Assembly: GCA_041497115.1 (NCBI GenBank)
Contig: JBGQFW010000011.1
Location: 2,699 to 66,698 of the forward strand
Reading direction: 5' to 3'
DNA from: Candidatus Methylomirabilia bacterium
Lineage (GTDB): Bacteria; Methylomirabilota; Methylomirabilia; Rokubacteriales; CSP1-6
DNA length: 64,000 nucleotides
A program made the position numbers and the translations under genes. The notes under the pieces were generated by a model. It was given only the letters and a program-made list of their open reading frames with translations. It made no database searches and was not told the origin of the DNA. Each line of letters starts with the position of its first letter. Within the stretch, counting starts at the first letter, position 1. Positions 16,749 to 25,397 of the stretch are shown here, in pieces.

Positions 16749-17797
16749 GCGCGCCGTCCGAGGCGGGCGTCGAAGCCGGCCGCCACCTGCTCGTCCTGGG
16801 TCAGCAGCGCCTCGGCGTCCACCTCCGCGTAGGCGAGCACGCCCATGTCGGCGTAGGCCTTGCGGATGCGCGGGCCCCACAGCCCGATGTCCTTGATCGT
16901 CGGCACGATCCGCGTGAACAGGCGGGTGCGGAACACCTTCATGCGCTCGGACCCCTGCACCAGCTTCACGCACTCGTCCACCGGCAGCCCGAGCGTCTCC
17001 CACACCTCGAGCGAGAGGAACCGGTCGCGCATGAGGTAGCACGCCTCCACCGCGAACTCCTCGCGCTCGTCGCGCTCGGCGTCGGTGAGCTGCGGGTAGT
17101 AGTCGCGCAGCGCGATGCGGCCGAAGGCCACATGGCGCGCCTCGTCCTCCATGACGTAGGCGTTGACGGCGGCGGCCAGCGGGTTCTTGGCGTGGTCGCG
17201 GATCGAGGCGAAGGCGGCCAGCGCCAGCCCCTCGATGAGCACCTGCATGCCGAGATAGGTCATGTCCCAGCGGGCGTCGGTCAGCACGTTGTCGAGCAGC
17301 GCCTTGAGCGTCGGCGTGATCGGGTACGCCAGCTCGAACTTCTCGTGCAGCAGCCGCGCGTAGACCTCCACGTGGCGCGCCTCGTCCATCACCTGGGTGG
17401 CCGCGTAGAACTTGGCGTCCACGCTCGGCACCTGCTGCACGATCTTGGCGGCGCACAGCAGCGCCCCCTGCTCGCCGTGCATGAACTGCGAGAGCTGCTG
17501 GGCCTGCACGTGCCGGCGTAGGTTGGCGCGCTCCGGCTTCGTCAGCCGGTTCCAGATGTCGGAGCCGAAGATGGAGATCTGCTCGTCGGGCAGCTCTTGC
17601 GGGTTCTCCGGATCGAGGTCGAGCGACCAGTCGATCCGCGTGCGGCCGTTCCACTGCCGGTCCTTGCCCTTCTCGTACAGGCTCAGCAGCGGGGCGCGGC
17701 CGTCCTCGTACTCCCAGCGCATGAGCGAGTCGAACCGGCTGGGGATGAGCCACTCGTTCGGCTCGACGGGCGTCGCGTAGCGCTGCTGCGTCGTCAT
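16745..17797 (-). CDS. Ferritin-like diiron protein (AurF-like oxygenase superfamily)
   Basis: MHGEQGA, two DEARH motifs and LIEGLA carboxylate ligand. SD AGGAGG before ATG 17797. ATGA overlap with the LLM gene. Confidence 0.85.
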   Translation of the reverse strand: MTTQQRYATPVEPNEWLIPSRFDSLMRWEYEDGRAPLLSLYEKGKDRQWNGRTRIDWSLDLDPENPQELPDEQISIFGSDIWNRLTKPERANLRRHVQAQQLSQFMHGEQGALLCAAKIVQQVPSVDAKFYAATQVMDEARHVEVYARLLHEKFELAYPITPTLKALLDNVLTDARWDMTYLGMQVLIEGLALAAFASIRDHAKNPLAAAVNAYVMEDEARHVAFGRIALRDYYPQLTDAERDEREEFAVEACYLMRDRFLSLEVWETLGLPVDECVKLVQGSERMKVFRTRLFTRIVPTIKDIGLWGPRIRKAYADMGVLAYAEVDAEALLTQDEQVAAGFDARLGRRA

Positions 17798-17887
17798 GGT
17801 GCGGCCTCCTGATGGCAGGACGGGATCGCTCGACCGGTCGAGGATATCACGCCGGCACGACGGCGGCCGTCCGCTATCATGCCCGGC

Positions 17888-19036
17888 ATGGCCAATCGCT
17901 GGGTGGCCCTCGCCCTCGTGTTCCTCACGCGCATCTCGATGGGCGTGCAGTTCCAGGGACTCGCCGCGGTGGCGCCCCTGCTGCTGGCGGATCTCGGCCT
18001 GAGCCACCTGCAATCGGGCTCGCTGCTGGGCGTCTACCTGCTGCCGGGCGCCTTCCTCGCGCTGCCGGGCAGCATGATCGGCCGGCGATTGGGCGAGCGA
18101 CGCGTCGTCGTGGTCGGCCTGGCCCTGATGGCGATCGGCGGCGTGGTGACGGCGAGCGCCGGCGGCTTCGCCACGGCGGCGGCCGGCCGCCTGCTGAGCG
18201 GCATCGGCGCCGTCCTCATGAACATCCTCCTGCCCACGCTCATCGCCGACTGGTTTGCCGGGCGCGAGGTCGCGACCGCGATGGCGGTGATGCTGACCGC
18301 GTGGCCGGTCGGCCTCGGCATCGCGACGGCCACGCTGGGCCACCTGGCCGCGGCGACGTCGTGGCGGACGGCGCTGCTGGCGACCGCCGCGCTGGCCGGG
18401 CTCGGGGTCGTGCTGATGCTGCTCTTCCGCGAGGCGCCCCGCGCGGCGGCGCCCGCCCGCCGGCCGCTCGCCGCCCGCGACGTGCGGCTGGGCATCGCCG
18501 CCGGCTTCGCGTGGGGATGCTTCAACGCGAGTCTGGTGACGATCACGTTCTTCGGCCCCGCGCTGCTGATCGCGCGCGGCCTGGGGCTCGCCGACGCCGA
18601 CCTGATCGTGAGCGTGGCGATCTGGATCACGATGGTGTCGGTGCCGCTGGGCGGCCTGCTCGCCGACCGCCTCGGCCGCCCCACGCTGCTGATCGCCGCC
18701 GGTAGCCTCGTCGCCGCCGGCGCGACGCTGCTGGTGCCCGTGCTGCCCCACGCCGTGCTGGCGTTCTGCCTGGTCGGCCTCGCCGTCGGGCCGCCGCCGG
18801 GGCCGGTGATGTCGCTCCTGCCCCGCGCGCTGCCGCCCGAGCGCGTCACCGCCGCCTTCGGCGTCTTCTACACGGTGTTCTATCTGATGATGGCGCTCAC
18901 GCAGCCGATCGCCGGCTTCGTGCGCGACCGCGCCGGCGACCCGGCGGCGCCGATCGTCTTCGCGGCGGTGGTGATGGCGGCCACCGTGCTGGGGCTGGCG
19001 CTCTTCCGCCGTCTCGAGCGGCCGATCCCGGCATAG
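17888..19036 (+). CDS. MFS transporter
   Basis: Many hydrophobic segments and GGLLADRLGR motif A. Start moved to ATG 17888 because TATCAT lies 7 nt upstream. Confidence 0.85.
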   Translation: MANRWVALALVFLTRISMGVQFQGLAAVAPLLLADLGLSHLQSGSLLGVYLLPGAFLALPGSMIGRRLGERRVVVVGLALMAIGGVVTASAGGFATAAAGRLLSGIGAVLMNILLPTLIADWFAGREVATAMAVMLTAWPVGLGIATATLGHLAAATSWRTALLATAALAGLGVVLMLLFREAPRAAAPARRPLAARDVRLGIAAGFAWGCFNASLVTITFFGPALLIARGLGLADADLIVSVAIWITMVSVPLGGLLADRLGRPTLLIAAGSLVAAGATLLVPVLPHAVLAFCLVGLAVGPPPGPVMSLLPRALPPERVTAAFGVFYTVFYLMMALTQPIAGFVRDRAGDPAAPIVFAAVVMAATVLGLALFRRLERPIPA

Positions 19037-19048
19037 TAGACTCCCGCC

Positions 19049-20089
19049 GTGAGCGCCGCCCCGCCGCTGCTTCCCACGTCCGTCGTCGGCAGCCACGGGC
19101 TGCCGGGCTGGGTGTGGCTCGCGCGCGAGGCGATGGACGCCGGGCGCCTCGGCCCCCTCGACGTGCGCGAGCTGCTGGAAGACGCCACCCAGGCCGCGCT
19201 GCTCGACCAGGAGCGCGCCGGCGTGGACGTGCTCACCACCGGCGAGATGGGGCGCGTGCGCTTCATCATCGGCTTCTACGAGCGGATCACCGGTGTCCGC
19301 GCGCTGCCGGCGCCGCGCCAGCTCGGCCAGCCGCTCTGGGACACCAACACGCCCTTCGAGGTCACCGAGAAGATCGCCGCCCCCGACGGCCTCGGCATCG
19401 TCGAGGAGTTCGCCCTCGCCCGCGCGCTGACCGGCAAGCCGCTGAAGGCGACGGTACCCGGCCCCTACACGCTGATGGTCCCGCTCAAGCTCGGCGGCGC
19501 TTATCGCGACAAGGGCACGCTGCTGGCCGACCTCGTGGCGATCGTCAACGCCGAGTGCCGGGCGCTCGTCGCCGCCGGCGCCGACTTCATCCAGGTGGAC
19601 GAGCCGCACCACGGCATGTACGCGGGCACCGTGCACGACGTCACGCGCGGCATCAACGAGGCGGTGGCCGGCGTCGCCGCGAAGATCGCCGTGCACGTCT
19701 GCTTCGGCAACCTCTACGGCCGGCCCTTCAGCGCGGTGCGCGACTACCGCAACCTCTTCCCCGTCCTCGGCGAGCTGAAGGCCTCGCAGGTCGTGCTCGA
19801 GTTTGCCAACCGCGGCCTCGACGCCATCGAGCGCTTCAAGGACTGGCCGCGCCACCTCGAGCTGGGCGCCGGCGTGATCGACGTGAAGGCGTTCAAGGCC
19901 GAGACGGCCGAGGACGTGGCCGAGCGCATCCGCGCGCTGCTCGAGCGCGTGCCGGCCGAGCGGCTCTGGCTCAACCCCGACTGCGGCTTCTGGGAGACGC
20001 CCCGCTGGGTCGTGAAACAGAAGCTGGCGGCGCTGGTGCGCGGCGCAGCGATCGTGCGGCGCGAGCTGGGGGCAAGGCGCCCGGCTTGA
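19049..20089 (+). CDS. Cobalamin-independent methionine synthase II family, 'core' MetE (C-terminal barrel only)
   Basis: TSVVGSH, QVDEP and Zn ligands HVC...E...PDCG. 346 aa. Confidence 0.88.
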   Translation: MSAAPPLLPTSVVGSHGLPGWVWLAREAMDAGRLGPLDVRELLEDATQAALLDQERAGVDVLTTGEMGRVRFIIGFYERITGVRALPAPRQLGQPLWDTNTPFEVTEKIAAPDGLGIVEEFALARALTGKPLKATVPGPYTLMVPLKLGGAYRDKGTLLADLVAIVNAECRALVAAGADFIQVDEPHHGMYAGTVHDVTRGINEAVAGVAAKIAVHVCFGNLYGRPFSAVRDYRNLFPVLGELKASQVVLEFANRGLDAIERFKDWPRHLELGAGVIDVKAFKAETAEDVAERIRALLERVPAERLWLNPDCGFWETPRWVVKQKLAALVRGAAIVRRELGARRPA

Positions 20090-20133
20090 CGATGGGCGAC
20101 GCGGAAGCGGAGAATCGGGAGCGGAGGCGTGCC

Positions 20134-21000
20134 ATGGCCGTGACGTTCGAGAAGCTGCACCCGCATTTCGTGGCCGAGGTCGGCGGCGTGGACCTGCGCC
20201 GGGTGCACGATCCCGAGACGCTGGCCGAGCTGCGCGGCGGGATGGACCAGTACGCCGTGCTGATCTTCCACGACCAGCCGCTGACCGACGACGAGCACCT
20301 GGCGTTCGCCCAGCGCTTCGACGGCCGGCTGCACACCAAGCTCGGATCGGCGGCGATCCAGAAGAACCGCTTCGGCAACGAGGCGCTCGGCGACATCTCC
20401 AACGTCGGCGCCGACGGCGAGATCCTTCAGCAGGGCGACCGCCGGCGCGCCTACAGCCTCGGCAACCGCCTCTGGCACACCGACGCGTCGTTCCAGGACC
20501 CGCCCGGTCGCTACTCGATGCTGTCGGCCAAGGTGGTCCCGCCCGTCGCCGCCGACACCGAGTTCGCCGACACGCGCGCGGCGTACGACGCGCTGCCGGC
20601 GGAGATCAAGCGGCAGATCGAGGGGCTGCGCGCCCACCACTCGATCGCGCACTCGCGCCAGACGCTCGGCTTCGAGTTCTCGCAGGACGAGCAGGACGCG
20701 CTCAAGGGCGCGATCCACCCGCTGGTGCGCACGATCCCCCGCTCGAGCCGCCGGTCGCTCTACGTCGCCTCGCACGCCTCGTGCATCGTCGACTGGCCGG
20801 TGCCGGAGGGCCGCCTGCTGCTGCGCGACCTCATCGAGCACGCCACCCAGCCCGAGTTCGTCTACCGCCACGCCTGGCGCGGCGGCGACCTGGTGATCTG
20901 GGACAACCGCGCCACCATGCACCGCGCGCGGCCGTTCGAGGACACCCAGCATCGCCGCGAGCTCCGCCGCGTCACGACGCTCGACATCGCCGGCGCGTAG
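20134..21000 (+). CDS. TauD/TfdA family 2-oxoglutarate dioxygenase, TfdA-like
   Basis: NRLWHTDASFQ..GRYSMLSA, DTEFADTRAAYDALP and WDNRATMHR motifs. Confidence 0.9.
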   Translation: MAVTFEKLHPHFVAEVGGVDLRRVHDPETLAELRGGMDQYAVLIFHDQPLTDDEHLAFAQRFDGRLHTKLGSAAIQKNRFGNEALGDISNVGADGEILQQGDRRRAYSLGNRLWHTDASFQDPPGRYSMLSAKVVPPVAADTEFADTRAAYDALPAEIKRQIEGLRAHHSIAHSRQTLGFEFSQDEQDALKGAIHPLVRTIPRSSRRSLYVASHASCIVDWPVPEGRLLLRDLIEHATQPEFVYRHAWRGGDLVIWDNRATMHRARPFEDTQHRRELRRVTTLDIAGA

Positions 21001-21249
21001 TCAGGACGCCTTCCGCTCGAAGAAGCGTCGCTTGAGGTAGGCCACGCCCTTCTTGCCGACCAGCATCGACCCCACGAGGAACATCCCCCAGCTCACGGCC
21101 GACAGCCCCATGGCCACTTCCCCCTTGCGCCACGCCGAGATCGGCAAGAACGGCACCAGGGGATACGCGGGGTAGATGGCAAAGCTCAACGCCATCAACG
21201 CGACGCCCAGCCAGAACCAGGGCCCCTGCCGTGGCGTGCGGACCCTCAC
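21001..21249 (-). CDS. Small two-TM membrane protein
   Basis: 82 aa with two hydrophobic helices and a basic C-terminus. Directly downstream of bluB. Confidence 0.6.
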   Translation of the reverse strand: MRVRTPRQGPWFWLGVALMALSFAIYPAYPLVPFLPISAWRKGEVAMGLSAVSWGMFLVGSMLVGKKGVAYLKRRFFERKAS

Positions 21250-21252
21250 GCG

Positions 21253-21894
21253 CTATCGCCGCAGGATCTGCCGGGACGACGAGTCGCGCGCCTGCCACTC
21301 GTGCCGCTCGAGCTCCGGATCCGCATGCTCCTCTTCGGGATAGCCGACGCAGAGATACGCGACCAGCGACCACTCTCGAGGCACCTCGAGGATCGTGCTG
21401 ACGTCCTCCGGATCGACGATGGAGACCCACCCAACGCCGAGGCCGCGCGCCCGGGCGGCGAGCCAGAACGTGTGGACGGCGGCCACCGCGGAATAGTGGA
21501 TGGCCTCGGGCATCGTCTTGCGACCGAGGCCGTGGCCGGCGGACGTGCCGGCGTCCACGAACACGGCGAGATGAACGGGCGCCTCCGTGAGACCCGCCAG
21601 CTTCAACCGGGCGTACACCGCCGCCCGCGGGCCGTCGAAATCCGCCAGGGCGGCCTCGTTGCAGCGCCGAAAGCTCTCGCGCACGCGCTCGCGCCGGGCC
21701 GGGTCCTCGACACTCACGAACCGCCACGGCTGGCTGTTGCCCACCGAGGGGGCGAGGCAGGCAAGGTCGACGAGCGCCTCCAGCAGCTCGGGCGCCACGG
21801 CGTCGCGGCGGAACCGCCGGACATCCCGCCGCCAGAGAAAGAGCTCGCGAAGCTCCGCCCGGAAGCGATCGCCGAACATCGGCGCGCTGCCCAT
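21253..21894 (-). CDS. bluB: 5,6-dimethylbenzimidazole synthase
   Basis: WRRDVRRF, APSVGNSQPWRF, YARLKLAGL, GLGVGWVSI and PELE motifs. Confidence 0.93.
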   Translation of the reverse strand: MGSAPMFGDRFRAELRELFLWRRDVRRFRRDAVAPELLEALVDLACLAPSVGNSQPWRFVSVEDPARRERVRESFRRCNEAALADFDGPRAAVYARLKLAGLTEAPVHLAVFVDAGTSAGHGLGRKTMPEAIHYSAVAAVHTFWLAARARGLGVGWVSIVDPEDVSTILEVPREWSLVAYLCVGYPEEEHADPELERHEWQARDSSSRQILRR

Positions 21895-21906
21895 CGGGTC
21901 CCTCGT

Positions 21907-22770
21907 CTACCCGCCGGGCGAGCCGGAGACGCCGCGCAGGCGCGGGTCGAACACGTCGCGGAGCGCGTCGCCCAGCATCTGGAAGCCGAAGACCGCCAGC
22001 GAGATCGCCGCGCCGGGGAACAGCGCCATCCACGGCGCGTAGTACATGAACGAGCGGCCCGAGCCCGAGAGCATCGAGCCCCAGGACGGGTACGGCGGCG
22101 GGATGCCGAACCCCAGGAACGACAGCGCCGCCTCGGCCAGGATCACCTGGCCCAGGCCGATGGTGGCGAGGATGAGGATCGTCGCCATCACGTTGGGCAG
22201 CACGTACACGGCCACGATGCGGGTGTGGCCGGCGCCGAGCGCGCGCGCCGCCTCGACGTAGGGGTTCGCCATCACCGACAGGGTCGCCCCCCGGATGACG
22301 CGCGACGCGCCGGCGGCGCCAAGGATGGAGAGCGCGAGGACGAGGTTGAACAACCCCGGGCCGAGCGCGGCGATCAGGGACAGGATGACGACGAGGGCGG
22401 GAAAGGAGATCCACGCGTCGACCACGCGCTGCACCGCGATGTCGTACGCGCCGCCGAGATAGGCGCTCGACACGCCGACGGCCGCCGCCATCACCGTGGC
22501 CAGGGCCACCGTCGCGAACCCGACGGTGACCGAGATCCGCGCGCCGTAGACCACCCGGCTCCAGATGTCGCGCGAGAGGTTGTCGGTCCCCATCCAGAAC
22601 TGGGCGCTCGGCGACTTCATCCGGGCGCTCGCGATCGAGGCGTCGTAGGGATGCGGCGCGATCCGGTCGGCGAAGAGAGCCATGACCAGCAGGCCGAGCA
22701 CGAGCACGCCGCCGATGGCGCCGAGCGGCTTGCGGCGGGCGAATACGAGCACGCGCCCGATCGACCGCAC
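21907..22770 (-). CDS. Peptide/nickel ABC transporter permease (DppC/OppC-like)
   Basis: GTDNLSRD, YVEAARALGA, EAALSFLGFG and GDALRDVFDPR motifs. Confidence 0.92.
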   Translation of the reverse strand: MRSIGRVLVFARRKPLGAIGGVLVLGLLVMALFADRIAPHPYDASIASARMKSPSAQFWMGTDNLSRDIWSRVVYGARISVTVGFATVALATVMAAAVGVSSAYLGGAYDIAVQRVVDAWISFPALVVILSLIAALGPGLFNLVLALSILGAAGASRVIRGATLSVMANPYVEAARALGAGHTRIVAVYVLPNVMATILILATIGLGQVILAEAALSFLGFGIPPPYPSWGSMLSGSGRSFMYYAPWMALFPGAAISLAVFGFQMLGDALRDVFDPRLRGVSGSPGG

Positions 22771-22771
22771 G

Positions 22772-23713
22772 CTAGTAACGGATCCGCGGGTCGAGGAACG
22801 CGTACACGAGGTCCACCATGAGATTCGTCGCGACGATGATGACGACGATGACCAGGTTGATCCCCTGGATCACCGGATAGTCGCGCTGCACGATGGCGTC
22901 CACGAGGAACTGCCCCATGCCCGGGATGCCGAAGATCGACTCGATGATCACGGTGCCGCCCGCGATGGCCGCCACCTGCAGGCCGAGCACGGTCACCACC
23001 GGGATCACCGCGTTCTTCAGCGCGTGCTTGAGCACGACCGCGCGCTCGCGAAGCCCCTTCGCCCAGGCCGTCCGCACGTAGTCGTGGCGCAGCACCTCGA
23101 GCAGCATGCCGCGCGTGAGCCGCATGATCCCGGCCGCCGAGGCGAGGCCGAGGATCACCGCCGGCAGGACCAGCTGGACCACGAACGCGAGGGGATTCGT
23201 CGTGAACGTCACGAACCCCACGCGCGGCGTCCAGCCCCACCAGATCGCCGGCAGCAGGGTCACCAGGATGGCCACGACGAAGGCGGGGACCGACAGGCCG
23301 AACACCGCCGCGCTCCGGGCGAAGAAGTCCAGCACGCCGTCCTGGCGGACGGCGGCGATGACGCCGACGGGGATGCCGATCGCGACGGCCACCGCCAGCG
23401 CCATCAGGCCGAGCGTCGCCGTCACCGGCAGCCGCCGCACCAGCTCGGAGAGGACGGGCTGGCGCGTCCACAGCGACTCGCCGAAGTTGCCGCGCACGAT
23501 CGCGCCCACCCACTCGACGTACTGCACGGGGATCGGCCGGTTCAGGCCGAGCTTCGCGCGGAGGTCCTCGAGGTCCTTGCCGTACGCCTTCTCCTCCAGC
23601 ATGAGCTGGACGACGTCGCCGGGGATCAGCCGCGGCAGCGTGAAGACGATGAGCGAGGCGATCAGGAGCGAGGGCAGCGCGACCAGCAGCCGGCGGAGGA
23701 CGTAGTTACGCAC
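22772..23713 (-). CDS. Peptide/nickel ABC transporter permease (DppB/OppB-like)
   Basis: DYVRTAWAKGL, HALKNA, RDYPVIQG and LDPRIRY motifs. Confidence 0.93.
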   Translation of the reverse strand: MRNYVLRRLLVALPSLLIASLIVFTLPRLIPGDVVQLMLEEKAYGKDLEDLRAKLGLNRPIPVQYVEWVGAIVRGNFGESLWTRQPVLSELVRRLPVTATLGLMALAVAVAIGIPVGVIAAVRQDGVLDFFARSAAVFGLSVPAFVVAILVTLLPAIWWGWTPRVGFVTFTTNPLAFVVQLVLPAVILGLASAAGIMRLTRGMLLEVLRHDYVRTAWAKGLRERAVVLKHALKNAVIPVVTVLGLQVAAIAGGTVIIESIFGIPGMGQFLVDAIVQRDYPVIQGINLVIVVIIVATNLMVDLVYAFLDPRIRY

Positions 23714-23741
23714 CGGTGCCGGCCGCGCCCCGCGCCCTACC

Positions 23742-25379
23742 CTACTTGTCGATCCACGCGGCCATCAGGCGCCCGCCGTAGTCGAAGCCGTTGTTGGGCC
23801 CGTAGTTCTTGATGTGCGCGTCCCACGCCGACAGGATCTTGATCGAGCCGTCCACGCCGAACAGCGCCTGGTCGGCGAGGTAGCGCTGGATGTCGAAGAC
23901 GACCTGCCGGCGCTTGCCGACGTCCTGCGTGCGCCGCTGGAGCTTGATCATGTCGGTGAGCTTGGCGTCGTTGACACCCCAGACGTTGAGCGGCTGGCCG
24001 GGCATGTACCAGCGGTAGAAGTACGCCTCGGGATCGGCCCACGCGCCGCGCAGTCCGAGGAACATCGCGTCGAACTTCCCGAAGATGGTGCTGGTGATGA
24101 ACGCCCCGTACTCCTTGGGCTTGAGCGTGGCGTCGATGCCCGCCGCTTTCCAGTTCTTGAGCGTGATCTGCACGAAGTCGTCGAAGTCCGGCCCGTACAC
24201 CACCGGCGGCGACTCGACGGTCGTCTGGAACCCGTTCGGCAGGCCGGCCTCGGCCAGCAGCTTCTTGGCGTCGGCGGTGCTGTGCTCGTAGAGCTTGCGC
24301 CCCTCGGGGTTGAGCTGATCGATGGGAATCGACCACTCGGCGAACGCCGCCGGCACCGCCGGGTTCGGCGTCCAGTGCCCCTGCGAGAAGGCCAGCGACT
24401 CGAAGACCTCGGCGACGTTGCTCGCGCGCGAGAGCGCGCGCCGCACCCGCAGGTCGTTGAACGGCGGATTGGCGAGCTTGAAGCCGGTGGCACCGCTGGT
24501 GAACCAGGTGTACTCGGCGGTCTGCAGCCCGGGCTTGCGCTGGCGGGCCACCGGCGCGTCGAGCCAGCGCACGGCGTGCTGGTACTCGGGGCCGAAGTCG
24601 GTCTTGCCGCTCAGCCACGTGGCCAGCCGCGAGGACGGGTCCTTGTCGATCAGCCACTCGACGCCGTCGGCGTACGGCAAGCCGGGAACGAAGTAGTCGG
24701 GGTGGCGCACGTAGACGATCTTGACGTTGGGCTCCCACCGCTCGAGCATCCACGGTCCGGTGCCGACGGCCGACTCGACCTTCTTGAGGTCGCCGAATTT
24801 CTCGACGCACTCCCTGGCGATGATCCAGGTCGAGGTCGAGGCGAGCAGGTCGAGGAACCAGGCGTTCGGCTCCTTGAGCGTGAACTTGACCGTGTACTTG
24901 TCGAGCGCCTCGATCCGATCGACGTACTCGAGCACCGGCTTGTTGGGGTTGCCGGTGATCGTGAGGAACCGCTCGTAGGTGTACTTGACGTCGTCGGCCG
25001 TCAGCTCGCGGCCGTTCACCGGCGGCTTGTTGTGCCAGCGCACGCCCTTGCGGAGCTTGAAGATGTAGGTCGTCTCGTTGGGCCGCGTCCACGACTCGGC
25101 CAGGTCGGGCTCGATCGGGTACGTCATCGGCTTGACCGACGGGCCGGCCTTGACCTTCACCAGGCGGCTGTAGACGAGCGAGAGCGGACACATCGTCACG
25201 AACGAGAGCGTCTGGTGGGGATCGAAGTGCAGCGGGTCCGCCTGGAACGTCAGGCGGAGCGTGCCCCCGCGCTTCGGGGTCTGCGCCTCGGCGGCCGGCA
25301 CGACGAGCTGGGGACCGGTCGCGGCGATGGCGAGTGCGGCGCCACCGGCCTTCAGCACATCACGACGGGAGAAATCCAT
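23742..25379 (-). CDS. ABC substrate-binding protein, family 5, Tat-exported
   Basis: SRRDVLK Tat motif, EPDLAESW, FKLRKGVRWH and VGTGPW. Confidence 0.92.
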   Translation of the reverse strand: MDFSRRDVLKAGGAALAIAATGPQLVVPAAEAQTPKRGGTLRLTFQADPLHFDPHQTLSFVTMCPLSLVYSRLVKVKAGPSVKPMTYPIEPDLAESWTRPNETTYIFKLRKGVRWHNKPPVNGRELTADDVKYTYERFLTITGNPNKPVLEYVDRIEALDKYTVKFTLKEPNAWFLDLLASTSTWIIARECVEKFGDLKKVESAVGTGPWMLERWEPNVKIVYVRHPDYFVPGLPYADGVEWLIDKDPSSRLATWLSGKTDFGPEYQHAVRWLDAPVARQRKPGLQTAEYTWFTSGATGFKLANPPFNDLRVRRALSRASNVAEVFESLAFSQGHWTPNPAVPAAFAEWSIPIDQLNPEGRKLYEHSTADAKKLLAEAGLPNGFQTTVESPPVVYGPDFDDFVQITLKNWKAAGIDATLKPKEYGAFITSTIFGKFDAMFLGLRGAWADPEAYFYRWYMPGQPLNVWGVNDAKLTDMIKLQRRTQDVGKRRQVVFDIQRYLADQALFGVDGSIKILSAWDAHIKNYGPNNGFDYGGRLMAAWIDK

Positions 25380-25397
25380 GACGTCCTCCTTGACGTG

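Noticed and set aside
21895-21906. Cobalamin riboswitch upstream of bluB, the metE-like genes or the TonB receptor
   Set aside because: The intergenic gaps are too short and I saw no B12-box motif.
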